Shown in pieces: positions 12,285 to 22,650 of a stretch of 64,000 nucleotides of DNA. How positions within the stretch are numbered: position 1 is the stretch's first letter; every line of letters starts with the position of its first letter. The notes beneath the pieces were generated by a model. It was given only the letters and a program-made list of their open reading frames with translations, made no database searches and was not told the origin of the DNA. The stretch comes from Nemertoderma westbladi (Eukaryota; Animalia; Xenacoelomorpha): assembly GCA_032718475.1 (NCBI GenBank), contig JAUCBJ010001142.1:64871-128870 (forward strand), given 5' to 3'. The translations under genes were made by a program, and so were the position numbers.

Positions 12285-13623
12285 GCCGTAAGTGTACAAG
12301 AACTGCAGTACAGTATGCTGGCATGGCAGCAGTAAATGGCTGCAGTGGTCAGGTGGTAGGGCCTACAGTCAGACAGTGTACAATCATAGCATTTACAATT
12401 TTTTACAGTAGTGCCTACCTGTCTGCCTGTCTGCCTGTAATAGTCTGCTAGTCAGCCAGCTGGCCAGGTACCAGTAGGCCTACTGCAGTAGTCAGTCAGT
12501 CATTGACTTTTAAGTAAATACTGCAGTATTATGCTTGATATTGAAGCTGTACTGCAGTACTTATAGTGTAAATAATTATCAGATTAGAATATGCACGAAA
12601 TATAATACTTTATTAAAAAATTAACTCCGGCAATATTTTTACCGGAGCCGGAGCAGGAGCCGGAGGTGCCAAAATGGCCGGAGCCGGAGCTCCGATCGAG
12701 CCCTACTAATTAAGTTATTGTCTCATGCTGGGGATATACATACATTCACTAACCACAGTAAGGTCTCAGGAATTCTTAGCCCGTGAGTATTCTTAGCCTG
12801 CGAGTATCTGAGTATTCTTGGCCCTTGGGCAGTTGGGTATTCTTAGCCCGCAAAACAATAACGTTTATTGTTTTGGTTCCCCCAATACTCCTCTGAAACG
12901 TAGTAGTACTCACTTAGTACAACGATGGACAGATTGATTAGTCTTACTGCTGTACTGTCTTCTGGTCTTAGCTCAATCAGTCAATGTAATACTTGGAATA
13001 TTTAGCAAAGTTTGCTCCGGGCTTCTGCAGTATCAATCAGTCAATTGCAGAAGCCGAACCGAACCGAAATTGCCAAACTTCGGCCCGAACCGAACCCGAA
13101 GCTTCTTCTGTTAAGCCCTAATTCAGATATTGTAGTGGGAAATTTAAATTTATTATCATAATAATATGACATGACATAGCCAGATGCCAGGCAGGCTGGA
13201 CATACTGACATAGCCTATGAGAGGGCAGCAGGCATGGTAGGGGTAGCCCGGCAGCCCGGGCACTCAACAGCAATGGCTGTCTGCTGGATGTTGTACCGGT
13301 CAGCCGGTAGCGGTAGTATGGCTATATGGATGGATACGCTAATGCCTAACACCAGTCTGTCAGTACAGCAGTAGACAGACAGGTGACAGGTACCGTCAGA
13401 CCGTAGGTACCATAGACAGTCCAGCAGTCCGAATGGCGGCTGCAGTTTCCATGTGTAAGCAGGTAAGCACCTGCCTACTGCATACTGCTGTACTGGCCTA
13501 GGCCTTTCAGCCTTTACTGCTTAAGTTCACTGCATAGGCTGATAGGCCTACTGCTTGTCAGCTCTGTACAGTATGCTGGCATGACAGCAGTAAATGGCTG
13601 CAGTGTGTGGTACAGTGTACAAT

Positions 13624-15485
13624 CAGTCGGTGAGAAGTCAAAAATTGGACTTGAGTCCAAAATTGGACTTCGACTCCAGTTCAAGTCCAAAATGGGACTT
13701 CTGTGAGTCCAATAGGCCTATTGGACTTCAAATCAGCCAATTGTTCCAGGGCCTTGGGTAATTGGATCGGGCGGGATTTTTTTTCTTTAATCGAAAATAT
13801 ATCAAAAAATAAGAGTTTTTAACAGGGGGACCTGAAATTCACCAGGGGGAACTTTTTTATAAGGCTTTGAATTTTTACAAAAGTCCAATATTGGACTTTA
13901 AGTCCAATTTTGGACGTGACATTGAGAATCGAACTTAAAGGTACATGAATGAAGCATGACAGATGAGAGACAGCCAGACAGCTGTTAAGTTATGGAAAGT
14001 TACCTTTGCAGCTCTGTATGTATCTTCAGTGTAATGTAATGACTGTACTGTCAGACTGTACTTAGAATATAATGGTACATTCTAGCATTCTAGGTACTCT
14101 ATGTACCCAGGACTTTATAGTGTCTTTAGGACTAGATTAGATTATGCTCCAACAAATATTTAATTACAAATTATATTTGGTGGATACTGGCAGCAATGCC
14201 AGGTTAGCCAACTGCATCTGCTGCTAAGGCTAACTACAGTAGGCCCTACAAGCTACGATTTCATCTAAGGCAGTAAGGCTATGGGAGCCCTATCAGAAAG
14301 AAATACTACAAGTTGATGCTACCACCATCTCTTCTAATTTTTCCATACAACAGGAAGGGTATTATAAAACGGCTGGATAACAGGATAATGAAATGGGATT
14401 AGTAACTGATTAATGTGTTTGGGTCTCCACATAATAAGTACAGAAGTAACAAGTAACACACGTCTTAATCATAAACCAATTGAGGGAAAGGAACAGGTTA
14501 CAGATGCAGGCTTTTCTAACTAAAACAATAAATGGCCACTTTTGACTTTACCAATTGAAGGAGCCCTATAACCTCACCACATACTACTACTACAATCGGC
14601 ATGATTCATTGCAAATGGATTATATATATAGGCCCTATTATGTATTAAGAATGCTGTGCTGGCTTGTTGACAAAAGTGCACCTCCACAACTCCCTTACAC
14701 CTTATCACCCATGACATTTGCTAGATCATCCGCATCTTCAAGGCCAGTGTCCTTTAAGACAGTAAGAAAGATGCGTCTCAAGAAAGTTATGGGCTGTCCA
14801 CCATGCTTATTCACTCCATGAGGTGCACTGGCTGGTCCTCACGGCTTAAAGCGATGTCCTGCAAAGCGGAGGCGGCTTTGTTCTAGTGTCAAGCTTGGGG
14901 GAACCAATGACTGAATGAGACACCTCCAACTCCAATGTTATATAGTGTTTGGTTGGAGATGCAGAGATGTGTGCATTGTACTTGACACAGTGAACCTAAT
15001 CAAAACAATTAGTCAATAAACATTAACTCAATAACATAATAGGTTACAGTTTACAGCAGTCTTATTTTTGCCATACGAAAATACCACAGGTATGGCAGTA
15101 TGGGTATGAATGACAATGAACTATACAGCTATAACTCCACTACGCTCAGACGCTACCGCGGTATACACCGCTAAGGCAGTAAGGCTACCGCAAAGCTATA
15201 CCACTACCGCAAAAAGTAACTACTGATGTCTGACTGTATGTGTGCGATCCCTGTTTATAATATGTATAATAATTAATTTGATCATTAAAATAATGTTGGA
15301 TTGTAATTATGTAATATATATGTACTGATACGGGATGCAGTTTTGATTTAAATACCGATATACAGTATGGCAGCATGGGTACACTTGGAGTTGTACTAAA
15401 GTCCAATATTGGACTTTGGAGTCCAAAATTGGACTTGAAGTCTAAAATTGGACTTGAAGTCCAATTTTTGACTTCTCACCGACTG
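13624..15485. mobile_element. Non-autonomous TIR element with (AATTGGACTT)n subterminal repeats
   Basis: TIR CAGTCGGTGAGAAGTCAAAAATTGGACTT / AAGTCCAATTTTTGACTTCTCACCGACTG, flanked by ACAAT on both sides. Confidence 0.85.
14690..14990 (-). mobile_element. Decayed 3' end of an RTE-like LINE ORF
   Basis: Minus-strand fragments ISNQTLY, EQSRLRFAGH and TVLKDTGLEDADDLANVMGD resemble the RTE C-terminus (RLRFAGH...DTG...DR); stops and frameshifts are present. Confidence 0.65.
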
Positions 15486-16113
15486 ACAATGTACAATCAT
15501 AGCATTTACAATTTTTTACAGTCTTCCAGTAGGGCCTATCTGTAATAGTCTGTTAGTTAGCCAGCTGGCCAGTGCCAGTACTGCAGTACAGTCATTGACT
15601 TTAAGTAAATACTGCAGTGCAGTTATTATGCTTGATATTGAAGCTGTACTACAGTACTACTTATAGTGTAAATAATTGTTCAGATTAGAATATGCACGAA
15701 ATATAATACTTTATTAAAAAATTAACTCAGGCAATATTTTTACCGGAGCCGGAGCAGGAGCCGGAGGTGCCAAAATGGCCGGAGCCGGAGCCGGAGGCCG
15801 GAGCTCCGATCGAGCCCTAGCCAAAGCTAAGGCAGGCAGGCTGGTCGCAGGTCAGTTAGGTACACGTACAATGGCCAAATCTGGCAATGATTGCTGGATT
15901 GTGATTGCCATATTTGGCAACCAAGCAAAATCTGGCAACATTTCTGATTGCCTGATTTGGCAACTATATAAAGCCGTTGTTGCCATATTTGGCAACTTAA
16001 CTAACTCATTGAATATGGCTTATATGGCAGTATGGCATATCTGCATATGGTTCTGCGTCATTAAGTCCTTCTATGGTCATTCCTTCAGTCCTTAGATCCT
16101 GAAATGTTAGGCC

Positions 16114-16429
16114 TGTGCGGGATGGGCGCGAATATAATATAAAAATCCAATAAGCTGTCAGCCGTATAGTGAGGCTAATAATACTCGGCTCAATAAAGTA
16201 TGATAAAGAATATAAACGTCATATCACAGAGGCATCTGACATATATAGTGATAGTACCAGTATGGTAGCACATGCAGAATAAGGTCAGAAAGTCAGATAA
16301 CACCGACAACAGAATAAGACCGGTATCGTAATACAGTAATACTGTAATAATATGCATAGTCAGTATCAGTGCCTCAATAAAGTTAGGTCCATCCAACACG
16401 ACACCTGTGTGGAAATAATTCCACACACA
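16114..16429 (-). repeat. 3' LTR of the BEL/Pao element
   Basis: Differs from 22164-22479 at only 2 of 316 positions by eye. Confidence 0.97.
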
Positions 16430-16454
16430 CCCCCACGTCGCGACAAACATAAAG

Positions 16455-19412
16455 CTAGTCGCGAAATCTTGAAGGACGCCGCACAACACGACCAAAGGAG
16501 TTTATTTGTTCATCAGTAACGGATGTTGAGTGGTTGTTAATGGGTGCAGCATCATGGACGGTAGAGGCACAATTGGATGACACATTCGATGTAGAAGCAC
16601 CCCCACGATGAGGGCTGGGATCATTTACACCCCCACGGTGCTCATGACCTGTAGTGTCACATTCCAGTGGCACTAATAAGTGTACAGCGCTAGTAGTCTT
16701 CTTACCACGGATACATAATTCCACAGAGCGCGCTTGGCCGTCACGGCTTGGTAATATCCGTAAAATGCGGGCCAAAGGCCACTTACCACGAGGTAAATGG
16801 CCACCTTTGAGGTTTGCGCGTCGGACAAGGACAAGGTCTCCGGGTGAAGGAGATGATGTAGGGGGTGCACGAGGTGCAGTGCGCCATGTGCGGAGTGATG
16901 CAATATAATTTGATGACCATTGTTGCCATAGCAATCGTGAAAGTCGATCGCGACAAAGGTGTGCTTGATGAAGGCCAGAGTTATTAATTGCAGCGGGATC
17001 AAGGGTTGAATCATCAGATGGGGGGCATCCATAAAGGAAGTGACTTGGTGTTAGTGCATTGAGGTCATTCGGGTCAGAAGATACTGCAGTTAGGGGTCGA
17101 AGGTTAGCCATGGCCTCAGCTTCAGCAATAACTGTGACCAATTTCTCATATGTGAGTATTTGACTATGACACGTTATCTTGACAATTAACTTGACCAATC
17201 TCACTATCCGCTCCCACCAACCACCCCAATGTGGTGAACGTACCGGAATAAAGGACCATGTGGTTGCATGAGATGGGAATTTCATTGAGGAAAGTTTCAC
17301 AAAGGTCTTAGCGTTATCAGAGTAGAAATGTACGGATGTAAGTGGCCGAATCCGCCTAGCCAGGAAACGGCGAATGGCAAGGTGGGCCATGGGTGCAGAC
17401 CCATCAGTGACAAGTTCGAGGTGAATGGCTCGGATGGTCGAACATGTGAAAAGAAGGCATTGGCATGGGGATCCATCGCTAATGTTGAGGGGTCCAAAAA
17501 AGTCTATACCAGTAGACTGAAATGGGATCAATGCCTGGGTCCGAAATGAAGGCATTTTGGCCTCAGTGGTTTGATAAGGAACAGCACGATATCGTTTGCA
17601 TGGAGGGCATGCATGGATAAGGCGACGGACAAGAGAACGCCCATGAGGGATCCAATATTTGGAACGTACGAGAGCCAGTGTAGCCTCAGCCCCTTGGTGC
17701 ATAAGACATGTATGGTACTCCATAATGATCAGGGATGCCAATGGACTTTGGCGAGGAATGATAGGACATGGAGGTTCGGAGGTACGTGGAACCATCATGA
17801 TGATCCCATCAATCAATGTGGCATGGAGACTCCACAGTTGTGACTGTGGTGCCACAGAGGTGTGAGTTTCCAGGAAACGAAGATCACTATCAAAATGGAA
17901 CTGTTGCTCAATACGTATGATGAGGTGCATTGAGGATTGTAACTCAGATTGAAGAAGAGAACCTATCTGAGGATTGTCACGATATCGGAGATTATGGATA
18001 TAACGACGAACCCAAGCTAAAACACGAACTGGTGTTTGAAGTGAGGAATATGCCGAAAGGCAAAGAAGGTCCCACTTGGCAAGGGGTACTATCGGTTCGA
18101 TAGTCAGTAGTTGTGGTGGAGGTTTAGGTTCAACAGGCCATGAAGACTCAGGCTGAATCAGAAACTCAGGACCATGAATATATGAATGATCAGCAAGTGA
18201 TGACTTAGAGCAACCTCGTGATGGGATATCCGCTGGGTTGATAGTTGTTGGAACATATCGCCATTGATGGGGTTCCGTAGATTTAGCAATCTCGGCCAGT
18301 CGATTCGCATTAAACACATCCCGTTTGGGCATACCCTTACGGATCCAGAAAAGGGTGCATTGGGAATCACTCCAGAGAATAGTCCGTCGAGGTATAAATA
18401 AGGCCTGATGAAGATGTCCACAAAAGCGAGCCCCAAGTACTGCTGCCATCAATTCCAGTCGTGGGACAGACAGTCCTTTATTGACAGGGGCTGCACGGGA
18501 CTTACAGAAGTATAAGATGGGATATTGCTGTGGTTGTACAGTGTAGACAATAAATGCATATGCATAGGAAGATGCGTCACAGAAGATGTGTACATCTGTG
18601 TACTTACTGAGATTAATGCAGCGAGGGATGGATACTATAGCCTGCGCATCATCAACCCAGTTACGCCAGCGAAGCTGGAGGTCAGGAGAAAGTTTCTCAT
18701 CCCAGTCTTTAGTATGAGCCCAAGAATTTTGGAGGATGATCCGGGCCACAAGAGTCCAAGGTGCCAGAATACCAAGAGGATCGAAAATGAGAGCGGAAGT
18801 CCGTAAAACCTCACGACGAGTAAAGTCCTTAGGGGCCGGTAAGTCTGTATTTATAGTTAATGTGTCATTGACATCATCCCATGGTACACCAAGAACTTTC
18901 TTGGGATGTGGAACAACCTGAAGCTCCATACCAGCATCAGCAAGGATAGATATGGCTTGCTGAAGAAAGGTAGTAGACTTATGATGGTCAGAGTTACTAT
19001 GAATGATATCATCACAATAAAGGCTGTCAAGAAGTGCCTTAATGAATGCCGGAGGTGCATTATCCTGAACATGCTGACGAATGGTAGAATGTAAGGCATA
19101 TGGACTGGAGGTCAACCCAAAGGGAGTGAATATAAATTGATAAATACGATCAGCCCAAATAAACTTGGTCCATTGACGGTCGTCTGAATGCAATTCCACC
19201 TGATGAAAGGCTGCTCTCACATCTGCTATCACAACATACCGATATAGGCGGAAACGAAAGAGCACATCAGCAAGGGGAGCAAGGAGATTAGGCCCTGGAT
19301 CAAGACACGAGTTCAAACTAAGGCCTGTTCTATCTTTAGCCGAACCATTAAAAACGACACGAGGTTTCCCATTATGAATAGCCAGGTGATGGGGAAGATA
19401 GAAACCTGTGTC
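16455..19412 (-). CDS. BEL/Pao Pol (RT, Pao RNase H, integrase), in-frame continuation of gag-pro after a single TGA
   Basis: YLPHH..KPRVVFNGS..SLNSCLDPGPNL, ADVRAAFHQV, PFGLTSSP, LYCDD (RT); FCDAS, PRLEL, WSDS, NPADIPSRG (RNase H); H-H-CPPC zinc finger, GIDFFGP, SDNAKTF, WWER (DDE integrase). Confidence 0.95.
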   Translation of the reverse strand, partial: DTGFYLPHHLAIHNGKPRVVFNGSAKDRTGLSLNSCLDPGPNLLAPLADVLFRFRLYRYVVIADVRAAFHQVELHSDDRQWTKFIWADRIYQFIFTPFGLTSSPYALHSTIRQHVQDNAPPAFIKALLDSLYCDDIIHSNSDHHKSTTFLQQAISILADAGMELQVVPHPKKVLGVPWDDVNDTLTINTDLPAPKDFTRREVLRTSALIFDPLGILAPWTLVARIILQNSWAHTKDWDEKLSPDLQLRWRNWVDDAQAIVSIPRCINLSKYTDVHIFCDASSYAYAFIVYTVQPQQYPILYFCKSRAAPVNKGLSVPRLELMAAVLGARFCGHLHQALFIPRRTILWSDSQCTLFWIRKGMPKRDVFNANRLAEIAKSTEPHQWRYVPTTINPADIPSRGCSKSSLADHSYIHGPEFLIQPESSWPVEPKPPPQLLTIEPIVPLAKWDLLCLSAYSSLQTPVRVLAWVRRYIHNLRYRDNPQIGSLLQSELQSSMHLIIRIEQQFHFDSDLRFLETHTSVAPQSQLWSLHATLIDGIIMMVPRTSEPPCPIIPRQSPLASLIIMEYHTCLMHQGAEATLALVRSKYWIPHGRSLVRRLIHACPPCKRYRAVPYQTTEAKMPSFRTQALIPFQSTGIDFFGPLNISDGSPCQCLLFTCSTIRAIHLELVTDGSAPMAHLAIRRFLARRIRPLTSVHFYSDNAKTFVKLSSMKFPSHATTWSFIPVRSPHWGGWWERIVRLVKLIVKITCHSQILTYEKLVTVIAEAEAMANLRPLTAVSSDPNDLNALTPSHFLYGCPPSDDSTLDPAAINNSGLHQAHLCRDRLSRLLWQQWSSNYIASLRTWRTAPRAPPTSSPSPGDLVLVRRANLKGGHLPRGKWPLARILRILPSRDGQARSVELCIRGKKTTSAVHLLVPLECDTTGHEHRGGVNDPSPHRGGASTSNVSSNCASTVHDAAPINNHSTSVTDEQINSFGRVVRRPSRFRD

Positions 19413-21923
19413 TCATGGGGAGGGTGCTAGTTCAACTATACCATCTAACTGAAGCTTAGTCATTTTCCCACTATAGATTTCCAGATGGTTAGGAGAAAGA
19501 TGAGTGAGGACTCGTTTTTGTAAAGGTGCAACTTTGTTAAAGTTGCATGAGGGACGACGATGACCCAAAAATGGAAGACGTACCTGATAATGCGGAGGAT
19601 TGTCCATGGAGCGAGTAGGGATTGGAAATGAGGGGGTATCAACATCGGGTTCCTTGATTCCTACTGCCTCCAAATCCCACAGTTTGGTAAGAGCGGAGAG
19701 ATCACTGACTAACAGCATAGGGGAAGGAGATCCCATGGATTGTTGTCCCTGATAAGGGCCACAAAATACACGACCAAAGAATGTTTCGATGACTATAGGG
19801 GCATTTGGAAAGGTTTGGGTAGGACCAGTAACACTCCAGATATGATCAGCCCCAATAATTAATGCAATATCACGTTCACCACCATCAAATTGATCAGCCC
19901 AGTGAGTGAGATTAGCAACAGAAGGAGGAAAATTAGAAAGATACTCCTGACGCATTGTGGGACAGAGTCTGTCTGCAGTCCAGGCAGATATAGCCACAGG
20001 TTCATCAAAATACTGGCTATGGAGTTGGAGCTGGATAAGAGAACGCTCCTGTGTCATTATATGCCCATCAAAAGACCCAGTGGTCATGGTACGTGTCTGG
20101 ATGCATGGTAAATTAATATCCTCAACCACGGATGACTTGATATAAGATCGCTTAGAGCCATCATCAAGATATACAAATATCCATGCTCCATCACCAGGAG
20201 GAGCACCTGGTGCAGAGATATAGGCCCGGGCAAGCTTGACGAAGACAGGACAGTCATGGGGGGACTGTTCTGGCATTACTTGGAGCACTGATAAGACTGA
20301 GTTATTGAAAGGGTTAGCGCCATTTCCATATGTTGGCACATTAGTACTTGGAGTAAAGTTATTCAATGGAGTGTATGGCAGAGCATGAGCACTCGGTTGA
20401 GTATGAGCCAGAACACTAGACTGTGGCGCTTTAGAAGTGCTGCCGGGAATACCAGTAAGTGGGGATCCAGGTGGATCATTAATATTCAGCGCAGGCAGAG
20501 TAGGTCGGGATGGCTTAGAGGCCTTATGTTCCTTGAAACATATTAAAGAATTATGTCGCTTACCACAATGTTGGCAGCTATATTTGGAGGAACAATCCTT
20601 TGTCTGGTGGGTACCAAAACAGTTTGTACAACAAAGTTTACATGACCTAACAAAGGAAAGACGTGCAGCAACAGATTTATTCATAAATATAGGGCAGTCA
20701 CGGAAACGATGAAGGGGGCCTTTGCATGCAAGACAGGAAGGAGGTGCTGTTGATTCACCCACAGCCAGAGCTGCAGAGGTAGAACCACGAGAGGTGAATG
20801 AACGTCCATGGTTATAGTCTATTGACACTGAGCCATGTGGTATGCGAGTTGAAGTACTGGTACCACAAGAAGTGGCTGTAAATGCTACAGATTCCCGTGA
20901 TTCAAGTTCCAAAGACACAAATTGAAGAAGACTATCTAGGTCAAACCGTTTAGAAGCTTGACAGTTACGGTTCCATACCAGTACGATGTCTGGTGGAAGT
21001 TTCTGCAGCAATAGTGGAGCTAACAGTAAGGATGTCAGGTCTGTGGTAGAATTAGTGTTCGGGGATGAAGATGGTCCCATGGAGGGGGGTGGGCATGGGT
21101 GTGGATCTATTTCTGTAGAGAGATGGCGGATCTCCCTAAGAGAACCCTCGAATGCATCCATGGTTCTACGAAATCCACGAATATCCTTGTCTTTAATAGG
21201 GGGTAGGGAACATAGGCGACTGGCATACATTCCTATAAGAAGATGTGGATTTCCGAAACGGCGTTTCAGCAAAGAAATAGCGGCGCTATAATTTGAAGAT
21301 GAAACTGAAAGACCATAGAGAGCATCTTTGGCCTCCCCCTGGTGGCAACTCTGCAGGTAGACAAACTTTTGCACATCTCCAAGTTGTGGGCGGTCATGGA
21401 TTAGTGCACAAAACTGGTCCCAAAAGGGGCGCCAGGAAAGATAGTCCCCATTGAAAGTAGGGACAGTGATTCTAGGAAGACCCTTGGTAGAATCTTCTAT
21501 AGCAGGTATGGTTGTCCCAGAACAGGAACCAGAATCCGCATGGAATGGGGGTCCAGGAGCTGGCACCCTACTGTCCACACGTGAAAGTAATCGTTTGGTT
21601 TTAAAAATTATTTGATCCAAATCACGGTCGTAATTGGAAGGGGAGGGTTCAGAATACCCCAATTCAATAAGTTCAGAGTCAATTTTATTTAGTAACTGGC
21701 GTTGACGGTCTGCCAGTTCAACAAGATAAGCTAGGTCATCAGCATTAATATTTTTTTCATCTGTACTACGGCAAACTTCTAATTGTCTGATTAGGGATGT
21801 AGCCTGAAAACGGCCAGACTCACGTTGATGTTTCAGGGCTTCAATACGCCCATCGATGTCCTCCTGGAATACATCAACATCACTGGAATCTCTATTGGGT
21901 GATGTAGGCCTGCTTATTGACAT
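19413..21923 (-). CDS. BEL/Pao Gag and aspartic protease
   Basis: LPRITVPTFNGDYLSWRPFWDQF (BEL gag, DUF1759-type), three Cys/His knuckles (CLACKGPLHRFRDC, CTNCFGTHQTKDC, CQHCGKRHNSLIC), protease-like YLDDGSKRSYI...LIIGAD. Confidence 0.93.
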   Translation of the reverse strand: MSISRPTSPNRDSSDVDVFQEDIDGRIEALKHQRESGRFQATSLIRQLEVCRSTDEKNINADDLAYLVELADRQRQLLNKIDSELIELGYSEPSPSNYDRDLDQIIFKTKRLLSRVDSRVPAPGPPFHADSGSCSGTTIPAIEDSTKGLPRITVPTFNGDYLSWRPFWDQFCALIHDRPQLGDVQKFVYLQSCHQGEAKDALYGLSVSSSNYSAAISLLKRRFGNPHLLIGMYASRLCSLPPIKDKDIRGFRRTMDAFEGSLREIRHLSTEIDPHPCPPPSMGPSSSPNTNSTTDLTSLLLAPLLLQKLPPDIVLVWNRNCQASKRFDLDSLLQFVSLELESRESVAFTATSCGTSTSTRIPHGSVSIDYNHGRSFTSRGSTSAALAVGESTAPPSCLACKGPLHRFRDCPIFMNKSVAARLSFVRSCKLCCTNCFGTHQTKDCSSKYSCQHCGKRHNSLICFKEHKASKPSRPTLPALNINDPPGSPLTGIPGSTSKAPQSSVLAHTQPSAHALPYTPLNNFTPSTNVPTYGNGANPFNNSVLSVLQVMPEQSPHDCPVFVKLARAYISAPGAPPGDGAWIFVYLDDGSKRSYIKSSVVEDINLPCIQTRTMTTGSFDGHIMTQERSLIQLQLHSQYFDEPVAISAWTADRLCPTMRQEYLSNFPPSVANLTHWADQFDGGERDIALIIGADHIWSVTGPTQTFPNAPIVIETFFGRVFCGPYQGQQSMGSPSPMLLVSDLSALTKLWDLEAVGIKEPDVDTPSFPIPTRSMDNPPHYQVRLPFLGHRRPSCNFNKVAPLQKRVLTHLSPNHLEIYSGKMTKLQLDGIVELAPSP

Positions 21924-22163
21924 ACTGGTACTTTATTACAGTCAGACAGTAGAAGGCAAATGTGGGTATTCAGTTTATTGTTCAGTTCAGTGTAAATGAG
22001 TAGGAAAGCCGCGTTCTGCATTGACGTTTGTGTAGACGACGTTCTTGTAGGCCTATTACGGCTGTGGTACCGGTACAGCATTACTTTATATGCAGATATG
22101 AGGCTACCGGTACCCGCTGACCGGTATTAGTTAAATCCCACCTGGTGAATCCGGTTCGAAGAA

Positions 22164-22479
22164 TGTGCGGGATGGGCGCGAATATAATATAAAAATCCAA
22201 TAAGCTGTCAGCCGTATAGTGAGGCTAATAATAATCGGCTCAATAAAGTATGATAAAGAATATAAACGTCATATCACAGAGGCATCTGACATATATAGTG
22301 ATAGTACCGGTATGGTAGCACATGCAGAATAAGGTCAGAAAGTCAGATAACACCGACAACAGAATAAGACCGGTATCGTAATACAGTAATACTGTAATAA
22401 TATGCATAGTCAGTATCAGTGCCTCAATAAAGTTAGGTCCATCCAACACGACACCTGTGTGGAAATAATTCCACACACA
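22164..22479 (-). repeat. 5' LTR of the BEL/Pao element
   Basis: Followed on the minus strand by the PBS-like TTCTTCGAACCGGATTC (22147-22163). Confidence 0.97.
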
Positions 22480-22650
22480 AGGCCTAAGGAGTAGGGTAGT
22501 ATAGGTAGGCCTACGTGGATGGATAGGCTACGTAACGCAGTACGCACATACATACATATGTGGAAAGGTTTAACCCGCTGCTTGATTAAAATTTCTTACT
22601 GCATTACCGGTAGGCAGGGCAGGTAGCGAGGTAGGCCTACACTGCGGTAC

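Larger units (their letters stand above)
9356..12705. mobile_element. Non-autonomous hAT-type element (outer member of a nest)
   Basis: TIR TAGGGCTCGATCGGAG / CTCCGATCGAGCCCTA, 8-bp TSD CTAATTAA (9348-9355, 12706-12713), subterminal (GGAGCC)n repeats, no transposase. Confidence 0.92.
13566..15819. mobile_element. Partial second copy (right arm) of the TAGGGCTCGATCGGAG hAT family, interrupted by another insertion
   Basis: 13566-13623 and 15490-15819 align by eye to 12308-12705, including the right TIR CTCCGATCGAGCCCTA. The left TIR was not found. Confidence 0.8.
16114..22479 (-). mobile_element. Full-length BEL/Pao LTR retrotransposon (6366 bp)
   Basis: 316-bp LTRs with TG...CA ends, 5-bp TSD AGGCC (16109-16113, 22480-22484), gag-PR-RT-RH-IN order with BEL/Pao motifs, tRNA-Tyr-like PBS, short G-rich PPT at 16430-16436. 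Confidence 0.97.

Noticed and set aside
16190-16495. Hydrophobic ORF that could be an env-like gene (also 22240-22476)
   Set aside because: It lies almost entirely inside the LTR, starts at a non-ATG codon and has no envelope features.
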